Positions 46,798 through 55,095 of a stretch of 64,000 bases of DNA are shown piece by piece (the stretch's first letter is position 1; each line of letters opens with the position of its first letter). The translations under genes and the position numbers were made by a program. This DNA is from Spirochaetia bacterium (GTDB lineage: Bacteria > Spirochaetota > Spirochaetia > CAKZLE01). Below the pieces are notes generated by a model. It worked only from the letters and a program-made list of their open reading frames with translations, did no database searches and was not told where the DNA came from. The DNA lies in the NCBI GenBank assembly GCA_963677595.1, contig OY782041.1, positions 2,784,001-2,848,000 of the forward strand, given 5' to 3'.

Positions 46798-47952
46798 ATG
46801 GAAGAGATTCGTACGAAGATTGCTGAACTGAAACATACTGGTGCAACCCTGGATGCCCAGCTGAAGACCAGGTACCAGACCTTCGGGGAGCAGATCTATC
46901 CATTTGAGAAGCTCTCGGACGACCCGCTGCTCGAGGAGACCAGGGATCTCGTCGAGCAGAAGAGGGCAGCTGCCGCATCGTTAGAGGATGAGATCTCAAG
47001 GATTCGCCAGGCGACCTCCGCTTCGGAGATCGCGAAGGAGGAGATCGCGAAGATCGAGCAGCGGCTTGCCTCCATCGAGTTCGAGAAGAACTCCCTCTAC
47101 AGCAGGATCGGCGTCATCTCCTATGAGGAGTATGCCGCCGGCGAGATCGGGGAGGAGTTCTCCCTCCTGTTCACCTCCATCACCCACCAGAACGCGGAAC
47201 TCTCCCGGGTACAGAAGGACCTCAAGGAGAATGAGCTCAGGTATGTCGCCGCCTCCTTCTTCGAGAAGATGTCCCTGCGGATGAAGCGGAACAAGCTCAA
47301 GGCCGAGCTCGAGAAGATGGACGGGGCGAGGGAGGACCTCTTCAAGAACTCCGGGAAGCAGATCTGCAACTCAGAGTTGATCAGCCGCGTGAAGAGCAAG
47401 AATGCCGTGTCGATCTCACGGGACTTCAGCCGCCTCGACCAGGAGCGGGACCGTATGTATGCCCTCCTCGAGTCACGTAAGTTCGAGTACAACCAGAACC
47501 GCGACCTGCTCAGTCATGCAGGGGTCGAGGGGGACGTGAACAAACGGGTGAAGGAGCTGGAGAAGCAGGCTGACAGGGCCAGGAGGGAACTTGGTGATGC
47601 GTACAGCGAACTCGGTACCCGGGCTTCCGTTGATGAGGCCTGCCAGGGGAAAGCTGACGTCGAGGATGGGCTCAAGCCCGTCATCAGCGAGATCGCACAG
47701 CTTACCGAGGAGCGCCGCTTGGTCCAGCAGCAGCTTGACATCTTCGACTCCCGGCTCAAGATCAAGGAACTCGAGTCGACCATCGATGTCGACCACCAGA
47801 AGGAGCTGCGCCTGAAGAGCCAGGTGAAGGCCCTCAACGAGCAGCTCGATGACCTGAAGCTCCGCATCTCAGGCAACAGGAAGCAGATCGCCGCCCTGAA
47901 GAAGCTGATACAGGATGCCGAACCCCGGGATGACGAGCCGGACGGTGAGTAG
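46798..47952 (+). CDS. Coiled-coil hypothetical protein
   Basis: Long E/K/L/R-rich helical ORF with host-like codon usage; SD GGAG before ATG 46798. Confidence 0.75.
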   Translation: MEEIRTKIAELKHTGATLDAQLKTRYQTFGEQIYPFEKLSDDPLLEETRDLVEQKRAAAASLEDEISRIRQATSASEIAKEEIAKIEQRLASIEFEKNSLYSRIGVISYEEYAAGEIGEEFSLLFTSITHQNAELSRVQKDLKENELRYVAASFFEKMSLRMKRNKLKAELEKMDGAREDLFKNSGKQICNSELISRVKSKNAVSISRDFSRLDQERDRMYALLESRKFEYNQNRDLLSHAGVEGDVNKRVKELEKQADRARRELGDAYSELGTRASVDEACQGKADVEDGLKPVISEIAQLTEERRLVQQQLDIFDSRLKIKELESTIDVDHQKELRLKSQVKALNEQLDDLKLRISGNRKQIAALKKLIQDAEPRDDEPDGE

Positions 47953-49213
47953 GAACGATCAGGAAGGCCTCTTCTCCGAAGAGGACCTGCACTCCACGGG
48001 TGAACAGGGCAAACCACTGGCCCTTCGTAAGAACGCATCAGCCCCGCAGCAGAAGAAGCCGGAACCACGTGTTACCGCACCGAAGAAGAAGCCGAAGAAG
48101 AGGAAGCGGTTCACGCCCAAGGAGCGCCAGGCACTCGTACGGTTCTCGATCGCCTTCTCAGCCGTCCTGGTCGTGAGCCTCGCCGTCGCCCTGGTCCTCC
48201 GCTTCGCGGGCCCCTCCTATGAGCAGTATATCTCCTCCGATACGGTGACGAACCAGGAGTTCGTCAGGAGCTTCTCATCAGAGCTCCATCAGCCGGCGAT
48301 GCCCTATGAGGTCTATACGGAGATCGGGGATGCCGAACACATCATCTACACGATACCCTACGGGACGTCTGTCCCCGCGATCTGCCGGGAGCTCTCGGAA
48401 CTCGGGGTGCTCGGTGCCCGCAGCGCCCAGGAGCTGCTCGACCTGCTGACTGCCAACGGGTTCGACACCTCCATCCGGTCCGGGACCTACCTGATCCCGA
48501 AGGGCCTCGACCTCCAGACGATCGGGCTCATCCTCTACAAAGGCTTCTCAGACCTTGCTGTGGTCTCCCTCTATGACGGGATGACCCTCGCGGGGATCGA
48601 CTCCTACCTCTCCGGCAGGGGGCTCATTGGGGAGGGGTCATTCCTCGAAGCGGCAGAGCAGGCAGCGGTTCAGTTCGACCTGCCTTTCGCCGAGGGGTTC
48701 TGCCTTCCCGGGGCCTATGTGCTGCCCGTGAGTGGTGATGCACCGGAGGAGCTGGCCGAGGTGATGGTCCGTTCCGTGCTCGACCTGCTCAATGCACATG
48801 CCGACCGGCTGGGCTTCCTCGGCCGGACGAAGGAGGAGATCCTCATCATCGCGTCGATGATCCAGCGCGAGACAGCGAGCATCGGGCAGATGCCCCTGAT
48901 CTCAGGGATCATCTACAACCGGTTGGACTGCGGCATGCCGCTCGGCATCGATGCCACCACCCGGTATGAGACAGACAACTGGACCCGCCCGATCACGGCA
49001 GCCGAGCTTGCCGCGGACACCCCCTACAACACGAGGACCAAGAGCGGACTGCCGCCAACGGGGATCGCGAATGCCGGGATCGAGGCGATCGAAGCCGCCC
49101 TCTTTCCCGATGACACTCCCTATTTCTACTATCTCCATGATGCGGAGGGAAGGATCCACCCTGCCGTCACCTACGGTGAGCACCTCGAGAACGTGGAGAA
49201 GTACCTCCGCTGA
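47945..49213 (+). CDS. mltG: Endolytic transglycosylase MltG (YceG)
   Basis: N-terminal TM; IIASMIQRE, YNRLDCGMPLGIDAT, PYNTR...GLPPTGIAN, YFYYLH; start uncertain (GTG 47945 or ATG 47915). Confidence 0.88.
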   Translation: MSRNDQEGLFSEEDLHSTGEQGKPLALRKNASAPQQKKPEPRVTAPKKKPKKRKRFTPKERQALVRFSIAFSAVLVVSLAVALVLRFAGPSYEQYISSDTVTNQEFVRSFSSELHQPAMPYEVYTEIGDAEHIIYTIPYGTSVPAICRELSELGVLGARSAQELLDLLTANGFDTSIRSGTYLIPKGLDLQTIGLILYKGFSDLAVVSLYDGMTLAGIDSYLSGRGLIGEGSFLEAAEQAAVQFDLPFAEGFCLPGAYVLPVSGDAPEELAEVMVRSVLDLLNAHADRLGFLGRTKEEILIIASMIQRETASIGQMPLISGIIYNRLDCGMPLGIDATTRYETDNWTRPITAAELAADTPYNTRTKSGLPPTGIANAGIEAIEAALFPDDTPYFYYLHDAEGRIHPAVTYGEHLENVEKYLR

Positions 49214-49214
49214 T

Positions 49215-49264
49215 TTAACGGTAATCTTACCTGTATTTCAGAGTCCGCTCATGAACCTCTAACA
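49215..49264 (+). promoter_or_regulatory. Possible Pho-box array
   Basis: TTAAC/CTTAC/TTCAG/CTCAT/CTAAC at 11-bp spacing (49215, 49226, 49237, 49248, 49259) upstream of alkaline phosphatase. Confidence 0.35.
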
Positions 49265-49315
49265 CAACAGCTTTACCATGCTCCTAGTTCTTATAGACAA
49301 ATAGGAGATTAAGAC

Positions 49316-50797
49316 ATGAAGAAAATGGTACAAGGTTTACTGATCTCGGCTCTTGTCCTCTCAGCAGCATGCGTAAGCGCTGAGGGTGTCCAGGAGCAGG
49401 CGATGGCAAGTTCTACCGGCTCATACGGGACCGCCAAGAACGTGATCCTCCTCATCGGGGACGGTATGGCGATGCCGCAGATCTCTGCTACCGAGGCGTT
49501 TCTCGGGACGAAGAAGGGTGTCATCGTGGACCCGCTCTCATTCGAGGCATTCCCTGCACAGGGTATGATCACCACCTATGCATCTGACCGGTTCATCACA
49601 GACTCAGCAGCTGCCGGTACCGCCCTGGCTACCGGGAGCAAGACCTACTGCGGGGCGATCTCGGTAGATGAGAGCGGCGCTGTCCTGAAGAATCTCGTCG
49701 AGTATGCACAGGATCAGGACAAGTCTACCGGTATCGTCACCTCGACCCGAGTGACCCATGCTACCCCGGCTGTGTTCATCTCACATAACGCGGACAGGGA
49801 TGCAGAGAACGAGATCGCCGAGGATGAGGCTTCCAGCGGCGTGGATTTCCTCGCAGGCGGCGGGTACCGGAATTTCGTTGCTCCCGCAAGCGGTCTGAGC
49901 AGCAAGAGGACCGACGGTGTCGACCTGATCGACCAGATGGAAGCTGAAGGCTACATCTCCTTCATCTCTGAGGATGAGACGGATGACTTCCTGGCGTGGA
50001 CCCCGAGAGCGGGCCAGAAGGTAGTCGGCCTCTTCGGTTCTTCACACCTCGATTATGACATCGACGATACCGATCAACCAAGCCTCGCCGAGATGACCGA
50101 GAAGGGGATCGAGCTCCTCTCACAGGACGATGACGGGTTCTTCATGATGATCGAGGGCGGACGGATCGACCATGCCTGCCACGCGAATGACGGTATGACC
50201 GCCATCCAGGATACCATCGCATTTGATGATGCAGTGAAGGTCGCGATCGACTTCTACAACAAGAACCCGAAAGACACCCTGATCGTGGTTACCGGTGATC
50301 ACGAGACCGGTGGTCTTACCCTCGGGTTCGCCGGTACGGCGTATGAGTCAGCCTACACCCTGCTTGCAGGACAGGATACTTCGTATGAGTTCTACCAGTA
50401 CGGAGACTTCGCTGCCTACAAGGCTTCACACACGAAAGCCAACGCGAAGGTCGCTGACCTTGCCGGCGACCTCGCAGACCAGTTCGGCCTGACCGACCTC
50501 AACGCAGCTGAGACCGAGATGCTCCAGGCAGCACTCGTGAGGAGCATCAGCGGTGAGGAAGTCAAGTCTACCTACACCGATGACTACCTCCTCTACGGCG
50601 GGTATGAGCCGTTCATCATGACGGTGACCCACATCCTCAACAACCGTGCAGGTCTCGGGTGGACCTCCTACTCACACACAGCCGTTCCCCTGGGTGCGTA
50701 TGCCCTCGGACAGGGTTCATCATCATTCCTCGGGTACTATGACAACACCAACGTGTTCGACAAGATCGCCGATGCGATGGGACTCCAGGTACAGTAA
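49316..50797 (+). CDS. phoA: Alkaline phosphatase
   Basis: NVILLIGDGM, TDSAAAGTA (catalytic Ser), THATPA, EGGRIDHACH, TGDHETGG. Confidence 0.95.
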   Translation: MKKMVQGLLISALVLSAACVSAEGVQEQAMASSTGSYGTAKNVILLIGDGMAMPQISATEAFLGTKKGVIVDPLSFEAFPAQGMITTYASDRFITDSAAAGTALATGSKTYCGAISVDESGAVLKNLVEYAQDQDKSTGIVTSTRVTHATPAVFISHNADRDAENEIAEDEASSGVDFLAGGGYRNFVAPASGLSSKRTDGVDLIDQMEAEGYISFISEDETDDFLAWTPRAGQKVVGLFGSSHLDYDIDDTDQPSLAEMTEKGIELLSQDDDGFFMMIEGGRIDHACHANDGMTAIQDTIAFDDAVKVAIDFYNKNPKDTLIVVTGDHETGGLTLGFAGTAYESAYTLLAGQDTSYEFYQYGDFAAYKASHTKANAKVADLAGDLADQFGLTDLNAAETEMLQAALVRSISGEEVKSTYTDDYLLYGGYEPFIMTVTHILNNRAGLGWTSYSHTAVPLGAYALGQGSSSFLGYYDNTNVFDKIADAMGLQVQ

Positions 50798-50819
50798 CAA
50801 GACTCTCGAAGATATCTGA

Positions 50820-50853
50820 TGAGGACAGGCCGGGGTGACCCGGTCTGTCCTCA
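50820..50853 (+). other. Long hairpin between phoA and yibE/F
   Basis: TGAGGACAGGCCGGG-gtga-CCCGGTCTGTCCTCA. Confidence 0.6.
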
Positions 50854-50892
50854 CTACCGTAAACAAGGACGATGCAGGGAGGACTTTTACCT

Positions 50893-52053
50893 ATGGGACT
50901 ACAGATAGATAGGAGCAACAGGAAGCAGATGGACCTGCTCTTCATTGGACTGCTGGCCGTGATCACGGCCATTCTCTTCATGCTGCCGATCGGTGTCAAG
51001 TCAGGCAGTACCAAGGGCGAGAATGTCCGGGTCCGTGTCCTTGAGGTCGACAATACCAATGTCGAGCAGTACGGGCTCGTGAAGACGGGGAACCAGTCGG
51101 TCTTCGTCGAGATCCTCAGCGGGGCCCACAAGGGCGAGCAGCTCAAAGGAGCCAACCTGCTGGTAGGGAAGCTCGAGCTCGATACCATCTATACTGAAGG
51201 GAACAAGGCCCTTGGCGTCGTCTATACCGATACAGAAGGGAATCCGAGGACGGTGACCATCGTAGGGCTCTACCGGGTCAATGCGGAGATCGCCCTTCTC
51301 GGGGTATTCATCCTCTTCCTCTTTCTCTTCGCCGGGCGCATCGGGGTGAAGGCGGTTATATCGTTCGCCTTCTCCGGGGTCATGATCCTCAAAGTGATGC
51401 TCCCGCTCTTCCTGCTCGGGATCGATCCCTTCCTTGTCGCTCTTGCTGTGGTGCTGATCCTCTCGGCGGTCATCCTCTTCCTGGTCGGGGACTTCTCCCG
51501 CAAGGGGCTTGCTGCCTTCCTTGGGACCTTCTCCGGGGTGCTGATCACCTGCATCATGGCGATCATCTTCGGGCGGGCCTTCCATATAAGCGGTGCGGTC
51601 AAGCCGTTCTCGGAGACCCTGCTCTACTCGGGCTATGCCCACCTCAACCTGACGAGGATCTTCCTCTCGAGTATCTTCATCGCCGCTTCCGGTGCACTCA
51701 TGGATATATCGATGGATGTGGCTTCCGCCATGGAGGAGGTCCAGTACCACCATCCCCGGATCTCCCGCGGCAAGCTCATCCTCTCGGGGTTCAGGGTAGG
51801 GCGATCGGTCGTCGGGACGATGACGACCACCCTGCTGCTCGCCTATTCGAGCAACTACATGGCACTGCTCATGGTCTTCATGGCACAGGGGACTCCCGGG
51901 ATCCAGATCCTCAACCTGAGTTATGTCGCAGCTGAGTTCCTCAATACCATCGTCGGCTCCTTCGGCCTTGTCGCCACGGCGCCGCTGACGGCCCTGGTCG
52001 CAGGGTTCCTCTATACGGAAAAGAAGCCCGGTCCGCATGAGAGCAGACCCTGA
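50893..52053 (+). CDS. YibE/F-family membrane protein
   Basis: GALMDISMDVASAM, SGFRVGRSVVGTMTTTLLLAY; SD GGAGG before ATG 50893. Confidence 0.88.
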   Translation: MGLQIDRSNRKQMDLLFIGLLAVITAILFMLPIGVKSGSTKGENVRVRVLEVDNTNVEQYGLVKTGNQSVFVEILSGAHKGEQLKGANLLVGKLELDTIYTEGNKALGVVYTDTEGNPRTVTIVGLYRVNAEIALLGVFILFLFLFAGRIGVKAVISFAFSGVMILKVMLPLFLLGIDPFLVALAVVLILSAVILFLVGDFSRKGLAAFLGTFSGVLITCIMAIIFGRAFHISGAVKPFSETLLYSGYAHLNLTRIFLSSIFIAASGALMDISMDVASAMEEVQYHHPRISRGKLILSGFRVGRSVVGTMTTTLLLAYSSNYMALLMVFMAQGTPGIQILNLSYVAAEFLNTIVGSFGLVATAPLTALVAGFLYTEKKPGPHESRP

Positions 52054-52095
52054 CCTGCGGTCAGTCGGAAAGATCAGGAATACACCAGAAAAACA

Positions 52096-52149
52096 TTGAC
52101 AACTGACGTACTGCGGAAGTACAATGCGAGATGATGAAAGTGCTTTCAT
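52096..52149 (+). promoter_or_regulatory. Promoter and LacI operator ATGAAAGTGCTTTCAT
   Basis: TTGACA(52096)-18 nt-TACAAT(52120); operator at 52134-52149. Confidence 0.8.
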
Positions 52150-52177
52150 TCTACTGTTGTGCAGTGTTGGAGAATAT

Positions 52178-53176
52178 ATGAACAAAGTCCCCACGATCTA
52201 TGAAGTGGCCCAGAAGGCCGGGGTGAGCATCACCACGGTCTCACGGTTCCTCAACAACCCCGATAAGGTAGCCCCGAAGACGCGGGTGAGGATCGAGGAA
52301 GCCATGAAGGAGCTCGAGTTCGTCCCGAAGGCGGATGCCGTGGCGAGGGCACGCCAGGGGGCGAAACGGATCGGGATCCTGACCCCCTTCCTCACCGCCC
52401 AGTCGTTCGTGGAACGCCTTGACGGGATCCATGAGGTGCTCAAGCCCCTCGGGTACGAACAGGTCACCTATGTAGTGGACTCGGTTCGACAGTTGCACGG
52501 GTACCTCTCGATGCTGCCGGTGAGCGGCAGGATCGACGGGCTCATCGTCATGGCGCTTCCCCTTACCGACGGTGATGTCGAATCCTTCGCCTCCCACAAC
52601 ATCCCCATCGTGGGGATCGAGGTGGAACACCCGAAGATCTCAAGCATCACCATCGATGACCGCCGCGGGGGCGGTCTTGCGGCAAGCTACCTGGCAGGCA
52701 GGGGATACCGTCAGATGGGGTTCTTGGGGGAGGGCGGGGAACCGCACTACTCGCTCCATGCCACCGACAGGCGGCTCGAGGGGTTCCGGGACAAGCTCCA
52801 GGTCCTCGGCCTGCCGATGGATGAGGAGCATGTCTGCTTCCACCCCTACGGGATGGATGAGACGATCGCCGCGGCGAAAGTCCTGCTTGCGGGGAAATAC
52901 CGGCCCGATGCGCTCTTCTGTGCCTCTGACTTCCAGGCTGTCGGGGTGATCAAGGCCGCGAAGGCCCTGGGGATCGCCATCCCGGAGGAGCTTGGGGTGC
53001 TCGGCTTCGATGATACCCTCATCGCCGATTATATGGAGATCAGTACGATCAGGCAGTCCCTGCGGAGGTCGGGGGAGAAGGCAGCCGGAATGATCATCGA
53101 CCGGATCAGGGACCCCGGCTGCGGGCAGCTGCAGATCGGGCTGAATCTGAATATCGTGGAACGGCACACCACTTAG
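52178..53176 (+). CDS. LacI-family regulator
   Basis: PTIYEVAQKAGVSITTVSRFLN; SD GGAG before ATG 52178. Confidence 0.92.
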   Translation: MNKVPTIYEVAQKAGVSITTVSRFLNNPDKVAPKTRVRIEEAMKELEFVPKADAVARARQGAKRIGILTPFLTAQSFVERLDGIHEVLKPLGYEQVTYVVDSVRQLHGYLSMLPVSGRIDGLIVMALPLTDGDVESFASHNIPIVGIEVEHPKISSITIDDRRGGGLAASYLAGRGYRQMGFLGEGGEPHYSLHATDRRLEGFRDKLQVLGLPMDEEHVCFHPYGMDETIAAAKVLLAGKYRPDALFCASDFQAVGVIKAAKALGIAIPEELGVLGFDDTLIADYMEISTIRQSLRRSGEKAAGMIIDRIRDPGCGQLQIGLNLNIVERHTT

Positions 53177-53181
53177 GAGCG

Positions 53182-55095
53182 ATGATGGAGCGATATGAGA
53201 TCATGGGACGGGCGATCGGGAGAATCACCCCGGAAGAGAGCAACCCTCTCTGGGAGGAGTTCGAGAAGCGCTGCAGGGTCTATAGTGCGGAGCTCTATGC
53301 ACGCCTGTTCGAGCTCTACGGGCAGGAAGAGGGGTTCCTCTACCTGCTCGAAGACCTGCTCTCCGATGCCTGGGAGTCGTTCCGTGAGCGGAGCAGTTCC
53401 CTCCATGCGTATGACCGGGCCCATGCCGCCGATGATATGTGGTATGCATCCCATGAGACGGTGGGAGGGGTCCTCTATGTGGGGCTCTTTGCCGGGGACC
53501 TCACCGGGCTGCTGGACCACATCGACTATATCGAGGGGCTCGGGATCAACGTGATCCACCTCATGCCGCTCTTCAGGACGGCAGAGGGTGAGAGTGACGG
53601 CGGATATGCCGTGTCGAGCTACCGTGAGACCGACCCGGCCCTCGGTTCCATGGAGGACCTGAGACAGGTCATCTCCGCCTTCCATGGGCGGGGGATCTCC
53701 GTCATGATCGATTTCATCCTCAACCATACGTCAGAAGAACATACCTGGGCCCGGAAGGCCATTGCCGGGGAGCAGCAATATCGCGACTACTACTTCCTCT
53801 TCCCCGACCGGTACGAGCCGGACCAGTACCAGTGGAGCCTCAGGGACATCTTCCCCGAGGTCCGACAGGGCAGCTTCACCTGGCATGAGGAGTGCCGCTC
53901 CTGGGTCTGGACTACTTTCAACTCCTACCAGTGGGACCTCAACTACCAGAACCCCGATGTCTTCCGTGCCATGGCCGGCGAGATGATGTTCCTGGCGAAC
54001 GTTGGGGTCGATGTGCTCCGGTTCGATGCCATAGCCTTCACCTGGAAGGAGAAGGGGACCTCCTGCGAGGGGCTGCCGAAGGCACATACCCTCGTCCGGG
54101 CCTTCAGGGCCCTTGCGAGGATCTGTGCCCCGAGCATGGCCTTCCTCTCCGAGGCGATCGTTGCCCCCACGGAGGTGCTCTCCTACATCTCACGGGATGA
54201 GTGTGAGCTCTCCTACAACCCGCTGACCATGGCCACGGGCTGGGAAGCCCTTGCCACGAGGGACGTGAGGCTGCTGAGGAGATCTCTCCAGGACCGGTAC
54301 CGGCTTCCTTCCGGCTGCTCCTGGATCAACTACATCCGCTGTCATGATGACATCGGGTGGACCTTCGACGACGGGGATGCCTGGTCGCTCGGGATCGACC
54401 CGAAGGGGCACCGGGGCTTCCTCAATGACTTCTATACCGGGAGGTTCCCCGGGAGTTTCGCCTGCGGGCTCCCGTTCCAGGAGAACCTCATCACCGGAGA
54501 CTGCAGGATCTCCGGCACCGCTGCTTCCCTGGCAGGGTTGGAGAAGGGGCTGCTCTACCATGACGAGGAGGAGATCACCTTCGCGATCCGGAAGCTGCTG
54601 CTGCTGCACGGGATAGCCTCCACGCTGGGAGGGATCCCCCTGCTCTACCTGGGGGATGAGAAGGGGCAGCTCAACGACTACTCCTATCGTGACGACCCGG
54701 ATAAGGCTGATGACTCACGCTGGGTGCACCGGATCGCGGCCTGCTGGGATGAGGAGTGCGAGGATATCCTGCAGCGCGAGAGCGCACAGGAGATCTACGC
54801 TCTCATCCGGGGGCTCTATTCCCTGCGTAAACGGCTGCCGGTCCTCTCATCCGGGGACCTCAAGGTCTTGAGCAACCCCTCACGTCACATCCTCTCGTTC
54901 ACCAGAAGAGAGGGCAGCACACAGGTGACGGTGATCGCCCACTTCTCGGACCATGAGAACTCCCTCGAGACCGAGGGGATCCTTGACCAGCGGAAGCTCT
55001 ACCGGGACCTGCTGACCGGGGAGGTCATCACGGCCTACAGCTTGGTTGGCCCTTGGCAATTCCTGATCGTGGAGGAGCATGAAGATGAAGAGTGA
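53182..55095 (+). CDS. Amylosucrase/sucrose hydrolase-like GH13 (subfamily 4)
   Basis: SDGGYAVS, TTFNSYQWDLNY, RFDAIAF, SEAIV, RCHDDIGW, RISGTAASLAG, DSRWVHR. Confidence 0.88.
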   Translation: MMERYEIMGRAIGRITPEESNPLWEEFEKRCRVYSAELYARLFELYGQEEGFLYLLEDLLSDAWESFRERSSSLHAYDRAHAADDMWYASHETVGGVLYVGLFAGDLTGLLDHIDYIEGLGINVIHLMPLFRTAEGESDGGYAVSSYRETDPALGSMEDLRQVISAFHGRGISVMIDFILNHTSEEHTWARKAIAGEQQYRDYYFLFPDRYEPDQYQWSLRDIFPEVRQGSFTWHEECRSWVWTTFNSYQWDLNYQNPDVFRAMAGEMMFLANVGVDVLRFDAIAFTWKEKGTSCEGLPKAHTLVRAFRALARICAPSMAFLSEAIVAPTEVLSYISRDECELSYNPLTMATGWEALATRDVRLLRRSLQDRYRLPSGCSWINYIRCHDDIGWTFDDGDAWSLGIDPKGHRGFLNDFYTGRFPGSFACGLPFQENLITGDCRISGTAASLAGLEKGLLYHDEEEITFAIRKLLLLHGIASTLGGIPLLYLGDEKGQLNDYSYRDDPDKADDSRWVHRIAACWDEECEDILQRESAQEIYALIRGLYSLRKRLPVLSSGDLKVLSNPSRHILSFTRREGSTQVTVIAHFSDHENSLETEGILDQRKLYRDLLTGEVITAYSLVGPWQFLIVEEHEDEE

